Of a stretch of DNA of 64,000 nt, positions 16,664 to 27,006 are shown piece by piece. A model generated the notes under the pieces. The model had not been told where the DNA came from, searched no databases, and saw only the letters and a program-made list of their open reading frames with translations. The stretch comes from Escherichia phage HY126: sequence record PP658200.1, one strand, 5' to 3'. Each line of letters begins with the position of its first letter. Position 1 is the stretch's first letter. The translations under genes were made by a program, and so were the position numbers.

Positions 16664-19375
16664 TCAAAAATCGAACATATCGAACAGAGATGCTTTCTTC
16701 TCATAATCGAGTTTCGCTGCTGATGTGAATCCTTCAAGTGGTTTAATAAATGTCTTCTCAAGGAGAACAGTGTAGTCCATCCAGTGAAGTACATCGTCTT
16801 TAATTAAATCTGTGATTTCAGTACCAGAAGGCCATGCGATACATTTATCACCGAATGGGTTTCCTTCACGTAAAGGCAGAACATATACTTTTTCACCTTC
16901 TACAACTTGCGGTGCATCGATATTACCTTTGATAGCACGGTTATACGTCAGAATTCCACGAATATGGAACGGGCATTTGGGACCAGGGAATCCACCTACA
17001 TCATATTTAGCAATGTTATTCGCAGAAGATACCGACGCGATGCTAATATAATTCAATTGACGGAATTCTTTTTCAAACTCTTTAAAATATTCTTGTAATG
17101 ATTCTTCACCTTCTTGAAGCATACGACGAATACATTCTTTAAGAGCTTTCTGTACTGCTTTAGGAGTCGAAGATTTCTGAGTCTCTAGACCCATGATTTT
17201 GAGTTTAGGCTCAGCGTAACGAGTACCTTCCATATCCCACACGTTTAATGCATAACGTTTCTTACCAGTCCAGAATCCACCAATACCTTTAGAACCGAGT
17301 GGAGGCCCAGCGATAGCTTCTCGGTCCATGAACATTAAGTGTTGTTTATTGTTCATGTATTCACACATTTCACGGAAACCTCTATCAATAGCTGGTTCCA
17401 TACGTTCACGTGCAAACTTATCTAAGAAGTCTACCCAATGGTTGGTATCACGGAATTTAGATTCACCAACCTTATCGATAATTTTATCAGCAGATACGTA
17501 AATAGAGTCTGTATCACCATAAAGAACGAAAGCTTCACCTTCTGTACCACAAACTTCATTCAGATATTCATTAACTTTACGTTCAATCCACTGTAAAGCC
17601 ATTTGCCCGAATGTTGTGATTGCAGTAGCATTACGCAAATCATAATAACGGAACCAAACGTTGCCAAGTGCACCATAAAGCGAGTTGATGAGCAATTTAC
17701 GGTTAATTTGGGCAGTCATACCTGCAACTTCAGTACGTTGAGCTCTAAACAACATTTCATTAAGAGATTTAGCAGACAACTTTTTAATCTTTTCTTTAAT
17801 CTCATCGCTGAAGTCGAAACGATAATCAACATCTAATGGTTCGTCAACAGAAAGATTAGGATTATGCAATGCCTCTTTAATTATTTCACCATTACGTTGA
17901 GCTGCAAGCATGTAACCTTTATGTTCTTTACGTTGATTAAAGACCTTAGTGATTTCAGTTGGAACTACACCATCACGGTCTTTATAATACATCATGCCGT
18001 TAGGAGAACAACTGTACACATCAGAAGGACGTTCAGCAACAGCGTTAATATAATCATGCAATGGAGCTACTTTAAACGTTCCTGCTATTGTTTCTGGGCT
18101 AATATTCACTTGGCGAATAATACTTGGATACAGAGATGTGAGGTCGAAGCTCATCACATATTTGTATCGATTTGGAATAGGTTCCTTAACAAAAGCACCA
18201 GGATAAGGTTGAACCGGATGAGAACGACCTTGTGGAATCACCTTGTTCTGCTCTTTAAGGCTATTAAAAATAATAGCATCCCATGTTTTAATTGGGCTAA
18301 ACACGGATTGAATCTGTATCTTAGCATAATAACCCATGTCCAAACTCAAGTTGATGAACTGACGCTTAGCATCAATTTGCAATACACGATACACGTCGAT
18401 AATGTTATAAGAAATATATCGTTGGTGATTGCTTTCACGAAGCTTAGAAATAGGGCCGTCATATTTCAGTTTACCAACGTTCAATTCAAATTCTGAAATG
18501 TAATCCAGAGAATACGACGGTTGATTGGTAAAAGAGAATTTTTTGTAAAGGTCAATGTAATCAAGAACAGAGATACCGAACAGTGTAATGATTTCACGAG
18601 AACCATACATGTTTTCGATAACTTTAACACGAGTTTTACGATGTGGTGATAAACGTTTCGCAGTAGATTCGCCAAAAATATTCTTGATTCGGTTATACAC
18701 ATATGGAATATCAAATGACTCAACGTTCCATCCAGTCAAAATGACAGGAGTTTTCTGTTGCCAGAAGTTGAGATATTCCATCAACAATTCTTTTTCGTTA
18801 TCGAACGGCATATAAATGATTTTATCGATAATTTCGGATGGAACTTCATCACCACCTTGTTCTTGAAGCTTAGCTGCAATTTCGATAGACCATTCTTCCA
18901 CATTACCATATGGAGAATTCAATAGATCAAATACGTAGAACCTGTCGTCAATTGAGTCATAATGAGTGATAGCATCAATAGGATGTTTTGCTTGTGACGG
19001 CTCAGGGAACCCATCCGGAGATGTTACTTCGATGTCGAAGTTAGCCACACGAATTTTTGTATGGTCGTATTTGATTTCATAGTTATAAGTGTCAGACAAA
19101 TACGCCAATTTGAAATCGTCCATGCCAAGTGCTTCAAGTCCGATATCTTCCATGCGTTTAATCCATTGTGAGGCATCACGCATATTAGCGAACAACTTAC
19201 GAGTACACGGCTTACCGTAGATATCGAAATATTTCGTAGCCTGACTTTCCGGACAATGAGCAAACAGTGATGGTTTATATTCTACTTCACGAGTACGTTC
19301 ACGGCCGTTAGAATCGATGTAACGTTCAAAAATTGAATCACCAATCTGTTCAACCGTTAAGTAAAATTCTTTCAT
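16664..19375 (-). CDS. 43: DNA polymerase gp43 (family B)
   Basis: 903 aa; sequence recognised as RB69-type gp43 (MKEFYLTVEQIGDSIFERYIDSNGRERTREVEYKPSLFAHCPESQ…; exo motifs, YGDTDS). Confidence 0.97.
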   Translation of the reverse strand: MKEFYLTVEQIGDSIFERYIDSNGRERTREVEYKPSLFAHCPESQATKYFDIYGKPCTRKLFANMRDASQWIKRMEDIGLEALGMDDFKLAYLSDTYNYEIKYDHTKIRVANFDIEVTSPDGFPEPSQAKHPIDAITHYDSIDDRFYVFDLLNSPYGNVEEWSIEIAAKLQEQGGDEVPSEIIDKIIYMPFDNEKELLMEYLNFWQQKTPVILTGWNVESFDIPYVYNRIKNIFGESTAKRLSPHRKTRVKVIENMYGSREIITLFGISVLDYIDLYKKFSFTNQPSYSLDYISEFELNVGKLKYDGPISKLRESNHQRYISYNIIDVYRVLQIDAKRQFINLSLDMGYYAKIQIQSVFSPIKTWDAIIFNSLKEQNKVIPQGRSHPVQPYPGAFVKEPIPNRYKYVMSFDLTSLYPSIIRQVNISPETIAGTFKVAPLHDYINAVAERPSDVYSCSPNGMMYYKDRDGVVPTEITKVFNQRKEHKGYMLAAQRNGEIIKEALHNPNLSVDEPLDVDYRFDFSDEIKEKIKKLSAKSLNEMLFRAQRTEVAGMTAQINRKLLINSLYGALGNVWFRYYDLRNATAITTFGQMALQWIERKVNEYLNEVCGTEGEAFVLYGDTDSIYVSADKIIDKVGESKFRDTNHWVDFLDKFARERMEPAIDRGFREMCEYMNNKQHLMFMDREAIAGPPLGSKGIGGFWTGKKRYALNVWDMEGTRYAEPKLKIMGLETQKSSTPKAVQKALKECIRRMLQEGEESLQEYFKEFEKEFRQLNYISIASVSSANNIAKYDVGGFPGPKCPFHIRGILTYNRAIKGNIDAPQVVEGEKVYVLPLREGNPFGDKCIAWPSGTEITDLIKDDVLHWMDYTVLLEKTFIKPLEGFTSAAKLDYEKKASLFDMFDF

Positions 19376-19379
19376 TTAA

Positions 19380-19403
19380 TTTCCTTTAGACGAGTTATTG
19401 TCT
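19380..19403 (-). promoter_or_regulatory. gp43 translational operator (hairpin + SD)
   Basis: 5' UTR hairpin AGAC-AAUAACUC-GUCU (8-nt loop) immediately upstream of SD AAGGAAA; T4-family gp43 is a known translational autorepressor binding such a hairpin. Confidence 0.55.
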
Positions 19404-19430
19404 TTTGTTTGTTGATGAACTTATTATACT

Positions 19431-19450
19431 CCAAATGGGACCGAAGTCCC
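19431..19450 (-). promoter_or_regulatory. UUCG-tetraloop hairpin between regA and 43
   Basis: Minus strand AAUGGGAC-UUCG-GUCCCAUU immediately after regA stop, followed by GGAGTATAAT (-10-like); no U-tract. Confidence 0.5.
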
Positions 19451-19456
19451 ATTGCT

Positions 19457-19825
19457 TTAATTACCAATTGTATATTTTGCTTTCAAAGTCCAGTCATCTT
19501 TCTGTTTAAAAGAGATAACACGGAAGTTATTAGTCAGGCCAAACAGATCTTCACGAGCAGAGTCTTCAATAACAATCAATCCCCATTCTTCAAGCAACTG
19601 AGCAATCGAATCACGTCGCTGATAGTCTTCACCGTCAATATCAACCTGACGTCCGTCCATACGCAACATTTCTTTAAAGTGGACGATATAGTATTTACCT
19701 TGCTTTTGGAGGATATGACAAGACTGGTAAAGGACTTTATCCTTGTTATTAGCGATGCCCATACGGGTCAAAGTCTCTTTGACTTTCAGAAAATCTTCAG
19801 GGTTCTTCAATTTAATTTCAATCAT
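19457..19825 (-). CDS. regA: translational repressor RegA
   Basis: Strong match to T4 RegA as recalled (…PEDFLKVKETLTRMGIANNKDKVLYQSCHILQK…TNNFRVISFKQK…); start refined to MIEIK. Confidence 0.9.
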   Translation of the reverse strand: MIEIKLKNPEDFLKVKETLTRMGIANNKDKVLYQSCHILQKQGKYYIVHFKEMLRMDGRQVDIDGEDYQRRDSIAQLLEEWGLIVIEDSAREDLFGLTNNFRVISFKQKDDWTLKAKYTIGN

Positions 19826-19827
19826 TT

Positions 19828-20391
19828 TTACCATTCCAATGCTAATTTTTTAAATTGTTTTTGTTCTTTCACATTTTTTGTAACTTCTTTGAGAAACTCA
19901 TCAGTGACCATGGCCTTCAGTTCTTTAAGGACTATTGGCAACTTGTTATTTTTTTCAAGGAGCCGCTTATACTCAGTAGCATCATTCATGTTGATTGTGT
20001 AATGTTTCATCAACAGTTTGATAACTAGTAACTCTGAAGTGTCTTCGACTAGTTTAGCCCATTTAGAGAATCGACGACCACGCGGAATTGCCGCCATCAT
20101 ATAGTTGAAGTGCGCTTCATCACTTAATTCAGAACCGACTAAGTTCATCATGTAAACAGCTGGCATACATTCTGGGAACTGGGATAATGAGTTCTCAACC
20201 ATAAATTTTGAGTAGTCAACCTGAGCAATTGACATAGATTTCTTTTCATTAATAGCATTAATGATTTTAAAGAATTCATTCTCAGGTTTTTCTTTAAACA
20301 TATCAGCACATTTTTGAATCGCATCAGCGTCATTAGACTTCCATGCAATTTGGTGCTCGTTAAGCTGGACGTCATCATCGAATAAGTTCAT
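19828..20391 (-). CDS. 62: clamp-loader subunit gp62
   Basis: 187 aa; synteny (regA-62-44-45) and size as in T4. Confidence 0.9.
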   Translation of the reverse strand: MNLFDDDVQLNEHQIAWKSNDADAIQKCADMFKEKPENEFFKIINAINEKKSMSIAQVDYSKFMVENSLSQFPECMPAVYMMNLVGSELSDEAHFNYMMAAIPRGRRFSKWAKLVEDTSELLVIKLLMKHYTINMNDATEYKRLLEKNNKLPIVLKELKAMVTDEFLKEVTKNVKEQKQFKKLALEW

Positions 20392-20392
20392 A

Positions 20393-21355
20393 TTATTTCC
20401 AAGTCAGTTCGCAGGTCAGTTGAAGAAGCATATACATAACATGTAATTCAATATTACTTGCTAATCCATGAAACTTATTATTTTCGCCTGCAATTTCGTA
20501 AAGCGAAATAATACTTTTACCAGGTGCAACTTGGTCATAACATTCTGAAACTAATTTATCGATGAACCATGAATAATCTGCAGCATATTTTGGAGCTAAT
20601 GCACGAAGTTGTTTGATATCTTTGTTCTTCATTGCTTCGATAACATCAGAGACTGTGCCACGGTCATTAGTTACGATAGACAGAATACCTGCGTCAAGAA
20701 CACCTTTAGACGAGTACTGGTCTAATTGGCCAATTGTACGACGAAAGTCTGGGAAGTTCTTTTTAACCAGAGCTGCAACAACTTTCATATCAGCGATTTC
20801 GATATTTTCGTTCTTACAGATTTCAACCATACGATGAATCATTTTCTTCATCATCGAGATTTTATCTTCTTCAGTCGGACGACCGAATTCGATAACTCGA
20901 CAACGGCTACGTAATGGTTCAATAATTCCATCAATATTGTTAGCAGTGATAATAATAGAGCAGTTACTAGAGAATTCTTCCATAAACGTACGAAGGTGAC
21001 GTTGTGATTCGGCGAGGCCACTACGGTCAAATTCATCAATAACAATAACTTTAGGCTTGCCTTCCATTGAGACTGAACGAGCGAATGCAGTTAACGGACC
21101 ACGCACAAAATCAATCTTACAATCAGAACCGTTGACGAACATCATTTCGGCATTGATATCATTACATAATGCTTTTGCTACGGTTGTTTTACCTGTACCA
21201 GGAGAAGGAGAGTGCAAAATAATATGAGGAAGTTTTCCTTTAGATACTAAAGACTTGAATGTTTCATGGTCATACGCAGGCAGAATACATTCGTCAATGG
21301 AAGAAGGACGATATTTCTGTTCTAGAATGTGTTCTTTGGAATTGATAGTAATCAT
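20393..21355 (-). CDS. 44: clamp-loader ATPase gp44 (RFC-like AAA+)
   Basis: 320 aa; Walker [11 protein letters not shown], Walker [12 protein letters not shown]-like motif. Confidence 0.95.
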   Translation of the reverse strand: MITINSKEHILEQKYRPSSIDECILPAYDHETFKSLVSKGKLPHIILHSPSPGTGKTTVAKALCNDINAEMMFVNGSDCKIDFVRGPLTAFARSVSMEGKPKVIVIDEFDRSGLAESQRHLRTFMEEFSSNCSIIITANNIDGIIEPLRSRCRVIEFGRPTEEDKISMMKKMIHRMVEICKNENIEIADMKVVAALVKKNFPDFRRTIGQLDQYSSKGVLDAGILSIVTNDRGTVSDVIEAMKNKDIKQLRALAPKYAADYSWFIDKLVSECYDQVAPGKSIISLYEIAGENNKFHGLASNIELHVMYMLLQLTCELTWK

Positions 21356-21381
21356 GTAATTTTCCTCATTATCATTAAACT

Positions 21382-21397
21382 GGAGGATTTCTCCTCC
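21382..21397 (-). promoter_or_regulatory. intercistronic hairpin between genes 45 and 44
   Basis: GGAGGA-GAAA-UCCUCC (GNRA loop) on minus strand about 25 nt upstream of gene 44 SD; no U-tract. Confidence 0.4.
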
Positions 21398-21430
21398 ATA
21401 ATCGTACTACATTAAACGTAAAGCTTTGAC

Positions 21431-22117
21431 TTAGAAGTCGTGAGTAGAATCGGCTTCCATTGCAATAACATAACTTACTTGAGAGCTTTCAAACTTGGCT
21501 GCAACTTTATCACCAGCTCCCCACAACATTACTTTATAGTTACCCGGCTGGATTTTCATATTAGCCATATTGATTACGAAGTTAAAGTTGTTAGAACCAT
21601 CGTAATCGGTAAGAGTCAAAGAATACTTAGGACGAGTCAAGCCAGAATCTTCAACTTTATTATAGCCGTTGATAACAATTTTACCATCTTTATTTGTAAT
21701 AGCAATTGTATCAATCTGAAGACCACGTGAAACTCGAAGCAATTGTTGAAGGTCTTCAGCTTTAATTTCAGTAATCACAGAAGCCACTGGGAATTGAATT
21801 GGCTTATTAGGAAAAACAATGGTGCTCTTGTCAGCGGCAGGCCAATAAACCGTGGAACGTGTATCTGCAATTTTAATATTGCCATCGGTGTGCATCGAAA
21901 TTTCAGCATCATCAGACACTAGACTCAAAATGCTTAAGAAGCTATTCAAATCATAAAGTGCTACGTCAAAATCAATTTCATCAGAGATATTTGCTTCCGC
22001 ATAAGTGGTGCCATTAACTGCACGAGTCATAATAAATTTACCTTGACTCAGCAGAATGCCGGAGTTAATAGAGGCAAAGTTTTTCAGAATAGCGATAGTA
22101 TCTTTAGACAGTTTCAT
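21431..22117 (-). CDS. 45: sliding clamp gp45
   Basis: Near-identical to T4 gp45 as recalled (MKLSKDTIAILKNFASINSGI…); start refined to MKLSKDT. Confidence 0.95.
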   Translation of the reverse strand: MKLSKDTIAILKNFASINSGILLSQGKFIMTRAVNGTTYAEANISDEIDFDVALYDLNSFLSILSLVSDDAEISMHTDGNIKIADTRSTVYWPAADKSTIVFPNKPIQFPVASVITEIKAEDLQQLLRVSRGLQIDTIAITNKDGKIVINGYNKVEDSGLTRPKYSLTLTDYDGSNNFNFVINMANMKIQPGNYKVMLWGAGDKVAAKFESSQVSYVIAMEADSTHDF

Positions 22118-22157
22118 TTTATTTCCTTTCAAGACAATTCAAAGTTTAACAAATTTA

Positions 22158-22574
22158 TTATGCAGCAACCATCTGCTTTTTAATAGCTTCAGGCAGTGAT
22201 TCAATATATTCTGGAATTTTAGAAGCAACAATTTCACCAGCTGCAATTAGTTGTTCGTCGGCATCAACACAGTAGAGATCTTCCAGACGCTCAGAACCAT
22301 CTTTATCAAGAACGATTTTTCCGCCGGCTTCAATAGAATCTTTATAGTGCTTACGCATCAGATGAATCCACATATCAGATACATCGTTATCAATAAAACC
22401 ATAAATCATAAAACGAGTTTCTTGTGGCAAAGATTGGAGTTTTTTAGCACTTACGTCATCACAATGCAGGACCCATGCTTTACGAACACGATTATGGTTA
22501 TGTGGGTTAGCGTCAGTACGGATAGAAGTAACTTTCAGATCAGCAGCAGTGAAACCTTTAGCAGTAGTAAACAT
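22158..22574 (-). CDS. rpbA: RNA-polymerase-binding protein RpbA-like
   Basis: 138 aa in rpbA position between 46 and 45; assignment by synteny and size. Confidence 0.65.
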   Translation of the reverse strand: MFTTAKGFTAADLKVTSIRTDANPHNHNRVRKAWVLHCDDVSAKKLQSLPQETRFMIYGFIDNDVSDMWIHLMRKHYKDSIEAGGKIVLDKDGSERLEDLYCVDADEQLIAAGEIVASKIPEYIESLPEAIKKQMVAA

Positions 22575-22586
22575 ATTATTTCTCTC

Positions 22587-22787
22587 TTATTCGTAGAAGT
22601 CGGTAACTGTCCATGCGGAATTGCGATTAGACATTATTTTATTATACTCATCTTTAAAAGCAGATTTGAGCATTTGTTCAGTAACAATATGTTCTTCACC
22701 TGAAAACGTATTGGTCAAAACATATTTTTTAATTTCAGGGACAACGAGAAGATGTTGCCCGGTTGAATACTCCATGTTGTTCTCCAT
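22587..22787 (-). CDS. hypothetical protein (T4 45.2 position)
   Basis: 66-aa minus ORF tiling between 46 and rpbA. Confidence 0.5.
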   Translation of the reverse strand: MENNMEYSTGQHLLVVPEIKKYVLTNTFSGEEHIVTEQMLKSAFKDEYNKIMSNRNSAWTVTDFYE

Positions 22788-22829
22788 TTAATTTGATGTG
22801 GTCATTATAACCACATCATGTTAAAGCGT

Positions 22830-24518
22830 TTATGAAACAGTCATTACCGTAAATCGTCCAACTTTGCTCATCTGAAGATGTTGTCCATAAGCTTGTGGGT
22901 CATGGTCTCTATGACTAATTATAAACACGTTTGCATCGGTTAGAGAGTTAAGAATTGTTGAAATAGCTTTAATACCTTCAGAATCAGTAGCGGAATCCAT
23001 GACTTCGTCCATAATTAATGTATTGATTCTAACACCAGAGACCTTTTCAGCAATATCTCGCCATGTAAACAACAATGCGATATCGATACGTGCCTTTTCA
23101 CCTTGACTAAATGAAGCATAACTAAAATCTTCACGACCACGTGATTTTATAGATTCATTGAATTCTTCGTCAATAGAAAATACGTAATCAGCTTCCATGA
23201 TTTTAAGATAATGGTTAATCTGCTTGTTGAACAGAGGCACATATTTTTTAATGATAGCACCTTTAATACCAGAATCTTTTAACATATCTGTGATAATACC
23301 ACGATGGTATTTTTCAAGAACGATATCAGATTTTGTTTTAATGATTTTATCAAGTTCTTTTTGAAGCAAAGCTATCTCATCAGCATGGTCGATAAATTCC
23401 GCCGAGGCTTGTTCTATTGCAGCTTTAACTTTCTTAGCTTTATCAATAGTGGCAATCATTGCTTGTTTCTTGGTACGAATATCAGATGCAAGGTCCTGTT
23501 TAGTCTTAACATTAGCTCTATATTCGTCCACTAGGACACTCAGATTATCTCTGTGACATGTAAGTTGCTCGAATGAGTGATTACATTCATGAAGCTTATT
23601 GGTAATCTTAGAGACAATAGGATCACCCTGGTGCAACTGTGATGCACAAGTAGGACATGTACCACCATCATGATACATCTTAATAACTTTGTTATACGAG
23701 TCAATTTTAGATTTAATCAAGAATGCTTCTTGTCCTATCTTGTTGAATGCCTCAGTAGGGTCTTCATCAAGAACGATATTAAGTAGTCGCTCATTAGCTT
23801 CTTCGATTTCTGCTTTTAATGAACGAGCTTCTTTGGCTAGGTCGTCATACATATTCTGTAGACGCGCTACATTATCACCAGATAATTTCTTTTGACGTTC
23901 GATATTCTCGTTATAAATCTTAATTTGTTGGATAACACCATCTTTCTTGGCATCGAGAACTTGTCCCTGGGAATTAAGTTCTCGAACTTGAGACTTATTG
24001 ATTTTATCCATTTCAGCGAGTGTGCCGACTTCTAAAAGGTCTTCGACAAGTTTTCTGCGAGCAGGGGTGCTAAGAGCCATGAAAGGGGTATACCCTGCCG
24101 TCCCAAGCACAACGATTTGTTTAAAAGACGCGTATGACATTCCGATGCTGCGTTCAAATTCTTCTTGGAAGTCACGACTGCTGGCAGATTCATCAAGACG
24201 AACACCGTCAACGGAGATTTCGAAAATATTGGGCTTTTGGCCACGTTTAATGAAGTATTTTTTACCATCGAATTCCATCCAAAGCTCAACTAAGAGCTCT
24301 TTCTTGTTCGTGCTATTAATGATTTGCCCTTTCTTAACATCACGAAATGGTTTACCGAAAAGTCCGAAAGTAATGGCTTCTAACATCGTAGATTTACCAC
24401 CACCATTTTTACCAGTGATTAATGTCTTTTGGACTTTATCTAATTGGATGTCAATAGGATTCCCACCTACCGACATGATGTTTTGATAACGAACACGATT
24501 TAATTTAAATGATTTCAT
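22830..24518 (-). CDS. 46: recombination endonuclease subunit gp46 (SbcC/Rad50-like)
   Basis: 562 aa; Walker A GKNGGGKST, central coiled coil with CPTC zinc hook, C-terminal signature/D-loop region. Confidence 0.95.
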   Translation of the reverse strand: MKSFKLNRVRYQNIMSVGGNPIDIQLDKVQKTLITGKNGGGKSTMLEAITFGLFGKPFRDVKKGQIINSTNKKELLVELWMEFDGKKYFIKRGQKPNIFEISVDGVRLDESASSRDFQEEFERSIGMSYASFKQIVVLGTAGYTPFMALSTPARRKLVEDLLEVGTLAEMDKINKSQVRELNSQGQVLDAKKDGVIQQIKIYNENIERQKKLSGDNVARLQNMYDDLAKEARSLKAEIEEANERLLNIVLDEDPTEAFNKIGQEAFLIKSKIDSYNKVIKMYHDGGTCPTCASQLHQGDPIVSKITNKLHECNHSFEQLTCHRDNLSVLVDEYRANVKTKQDLASDIRTKKQAMIATIDKAKKVKAAIEQASAEFIDHADEIALLQKELDKIIKTKSDIVLEKYHRGIITDMLKDSGIKGAIIKKYVPLFNKQINHYLKIMEADYVFSIDEEFNESIKSRGREDFSYASFSQGEKARIDIALLFTWRDIAEKVSGVRINTLIMDEVMDSATDSEGIKAISTILNSLTDANVFIISHRDHDPQAYGQHLQMSKVGRFTVMTVS

Positions 24519-24769
24519 ATGTATTCTCTTCGAATGAAGTCCTCTACATATTTTAACATGTCATCTCTATCAGCAAAATATTCATCTAGTTCTGCATACA
24601 TAACAACACCTGGTGCGTACTCACAGGTAACATACATTGTTCCAAAGAAACGAGGAGTTGATTCCTCGTAATTCTCAGTCCATTCAACGATACCAATATA
24701 ACCGTCACCAATACTAAATTCGTGACGATGGATTTCATAGTCAGTCTTCGTCATTATACGCATCCTCAA
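24515..24769 (-). CDS. hypothetical protein (84 aa)
   Basis: Minus ORF, ATGA-coupled to gene 46. Confidence 0.5.
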   Translation of the reverse strand: MRMRIMTKTDYEIHRHEFSIGDGYIGIVEWTENYEESTPRFFGTMYVTCEYAPGVVMYAELDEYFADRDDMLKYVEDFIRREYI

Positions 24770-24998
24770 TACACGCTTCAGCCATTTTAAGAATAGAGCC
24801 AGGAGTATCGTTGTCCATTATATTAAAGCTAAATTCAATAGCCCAGTCGGTGCAGACATGAACTGCTTTAACTTCATTACCTTCAACGCGTAATGGCTCA
24901 ATCCAATACTTGATAGTGTTCTCGAATCCATCACCATCTTTAACGTCTATTTCAGCTTCAAGCCCGAGCCCAGCATTGTTAAATTCATCTAAAGTCAT
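24741..24998 (-). CDS. hypothetical acidic protein (85 aa)
   Basis: Minus ORF, coupled to gene 47 stop. Confidence 0.5.
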   Translation of the reverse strand: MTLDEFNNAGLGLEAEIDVKDGDGFENTIKYWIEPLRVEGNEVKAVHVCTDWAIEFSFNIMDNDTPGSILKMAEACIEDAYNDED

Positions 24999-26014
24999 TG
25001 TGTTGCCTCAATATAAAGTTCGTTAGAATATTTGACCAGCGCTTCTCTGTCTTCGTCTGAGATATCTGGAATCGCGTCAATATATTCTTTAATGATATCT
25101 TGAAGTGATTTAATCTCGATTTCCTGGTCGTCATCAGATTCAACACTGTTATCAACTTTAGAAACCATACGAAGAGAGTGTACTACTTTTTCAAGTTCAG
25201 ATTCAAACTTAGTCAACTCTGAATCAATTTCTGATACTATAACACGTAAGGCTAGATTAGTATAATCAGAATAATTGATTTTGCCTTTAAATGGATAAGT
25301 GATTCGTCGATGCCATGTTGTTTCATTAGGAATAAATTCCATACGTTCAACATCAGTGTCAAATACCCAGAATCCGCGCGGGTCGTTCTCATCGCCTGCA
25401 GTAAGTGTCCATGGTGTCCCAATATATTTGACGTTAGCAGCTTCAGAGATTGTGTGGAAGTGGCCGGACCAGACTTGTTTATAGGTCTTTAAGAAATCAG
25501 GTTCAAGCCCATGAGACTTCATTCCTTTATAGAAATAAAAGCCGTTCAGTTCCCAGTGCCCAACACAATACGCTGCGGAAGAAGTCTTGATGTGCTCTAA
25601 GATTTCACCTGTATTTTCTTCACACATCCATGGAACGATATCAATCAGACATCCGTCAAAATCTACAGTAGTTGGATGCTCGTAAATAGTAAAGTTTTCA
25701 AATTGAGTTAACAATTCAGAAACAGTGTTAGGTGTTATTGTATTCTTAAACGCCATGTCATGGTTTCCTATCGTGACATGAACGTGAATGCCTGCTTTAG
25801 AAATCATATCAACAATTTCACGATTGAATTCCATTGTACGATGTGTTATTGCTTTACGGACGTCAAACCAATCACCGTACTGAATCCAAGTTTTAATCCC
25901 GTGTTTCTTAGAGTATTCAATTGCTTGACGAATACCATCACGTTGAATATCTTGAACCCATGGGTCGTCTTGTTTGACTCCGATATGGAAGTCGCCTAAG
26001 TGCAAAATTTTCAT
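24995..26014 (-). CDS. 47: recombination nuclease subunit gp47 (SbcD/Mre11-like)
   Basis: 339 aa; calcineurin-like phosphoesterase motifs (LHLGDFH, GNHD, GHWE, GHFH). Confidence 0.95.
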   Translation of the reverse strand: MKILHLGDFHIGVKQDDPWVQDIQRDGIRQAIEYSKKHGIKTWIQYGDWFDVRKAITHRTMEFNREIVDMISKAGIHVHVTIGNHDMAFKNTITPNTVSELLTQFENFTIYEHPTTVDFDGCLIDIVPWMCEENTGEILEHIKTSSAAYCVGHWELNGFYFYKGMKSHGLEPDFLKTYKQVWSGHFHTISEAANVKYIGTPWTLTAGDENDPRGFWVFDTDVERMEFIPNETTWHRRITYPFKGKINYSDYTNLALRVIVSEIDSELTKFESELEKVVHSLRMVSKVDNSVESDDDQEIEIKSLQDIIKEYIDAIPDISDEDREALVKYSNELYIEATQ

Positions 26015-26037
26015 ATTATTTCCTCATTAGTTAATTC

Positions 26038-26063
26038 ATTCTATCATCCGTTTATAAAGCAAA
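26038..26063 (-). promoter_or_regulatory. T4 middle-type promoter (MotA box) for gene 47
   Basis: Minus strand TTTGCTTTA (MotA box) - 11 nt - TAGAAT, placed right after a terminator and before the SD GAGGAAATAAT. Confidence 0.5.
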
Positions 26064-26085
26064 AAAAGGAACTCCGAAGAGTTCC
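26061..26085 (-). terminator. intrinsic terminator
   Basis: Minus strand GGAACUC-UUCG-GAGUUCC hairpin followed by U7; overlaps stop of the small upstream ORF. Confidence 0.7.
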
Positions 26086-26258
26086 TATCCACATAGTACA
26101 CCGTACAGAGGCTCATTTGAACTTTTAAATCGAATGGGCTTGTATGTAATAGTTCCTTCGGCTTTAGCTTTATCATAAGACTCTTTAAAACGTCTCATTC
26201 TTTCTGCTTTGCCTTTACGGATTTTATCGAAATTTTCAGAGGTCAGGTCGTTCGTCAT
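26085..26258 (-). CDS. small basic protein (57 aa, below track cutoff)
   Basis: Translated by eye (MTNDLTSENFDKIRKGKAERMRRFKESYDKAKAEG…); GAGGTG SD; ends at terminator. Confidence 0.35.
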   Translation of the reverse strand: MTNDLTSENFDKIRKGKAERMRRFKESYDKAKAEGTITYKPIRFKSSNEPLYGVLCG

Positions 26259-26297
26259 GCATAATCACCTCTCAGAAAATACCTAAATCGATTTCTC

Positions 26298-26519
26298 TCA
26301 TCGTTTCCACCATTTCTTAACTTGAAATGAATCAACCCACACGAGTTGTTTTGGGTCTGCCTTTACAATAGGCGGACAAATTTCTGTAATAGAACCGTCG
26401 TGATATTCCTTTTCGGAAATTTTAACACAAAGAGGACCTCCCAATTTAAGGGTGAACCCTGCGTTCAGCTTCAGACGTTTAAACTTTGTTTGAACTAGCG
26501 CCATTAATGATGTCCTCAA
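26298..26519 (-). CDS. hypothetical protein (73 aa)
   Basis: Minus ORF in region where T4 carries alpha-gt; no GT-size ORF present. Confidence 0.45.
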   Translation of the reverse strand: MRTSLMALVQTKFKRLKLNAGFTLKLGGPLCVKISEKEYHDGSITEICPPIVKADPKQLVWVDSFQVKKWWKR

Positions 26520-26802
26520 TAGCCTGACGAGTAGTAACCCACTGGATTTTAATTAACTTGTCATTATATGGTTGTCGTAGAATATCCCGAGATTTCTTAA
26601 TAGCATATTCGTAAGCTTCGAAGTTGTTTTGAATTGCTGCTTCTTGAGCATGAGCATAAAGACGGTTTAGCTCAAAACGATTCTTTTTAAGAATCTTTTC
26701 GGATTTTTTACGTGCTTCAGCTTCATTTTTCTTTTGGATTTCTTGTAGCATTTTAGCTACTGCATCTTCTGCTTCTTTATTTTCAATAATCTCGGTAGTC
26801 AT
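26479..26802 (-). CDS. hypothetical protein (107 aa)
   Basis: Minus ORF; overlaps neighbour by about 40 nt so start or stop context uncertain. Confidence 0.5.
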   Translation of the reverse strand: MTTEIIENKEAEDAVAKMLQEIQKKNEAEARKKSEKILKKNRFELNRLYAHAQEAAIQNNFEAYEYAIKKSRDILRQPYNDKLIKIQWVTTRQAIEDIINGASSNKV

Positions 26803-26803
26803 A

Positions 26804-27006
26804 TTATCTCATTAAATTAAAATAAAAACGTCCATCCTCTTCAATACAGAACTCATACTCAACCGGAGTCCCATTTATCGAAAATGACACGTCATGTGGG
26901 TTCAAAGGGTCGATGTCAAAATTAATTTTAAATTCACGACCCAACAGTTTTACCAAATAAGGGATTGCTTCGTCAAAAGGTTCTTCTAAGTAGTTAGAGA
27001 TGTCAA
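26804..27006 (-). CDS. hypothetical protein (about 67 aa)
   Basis: Start refined to ATG that overlaps gene 55 stop (ATGA). Confidence 0.45.

Noticed and set aside
17864-18496. 210-aa plus-strand ORF (and other plus-strand ORFs at 16812-17098, 17603-17836, 18588-18815) inside the DNA polymerase gene
   Set aside because: Entirely antisense to the confidently identified gp43 coding sequence; no SD; typical shadow ORFs of an AT-rich genome.
23998-24486. 162-aa plus-strand ORF inside gene 46
   Set aside because: Antisense shadow ORF within a confidently identified gene; no ribosome-binding site.
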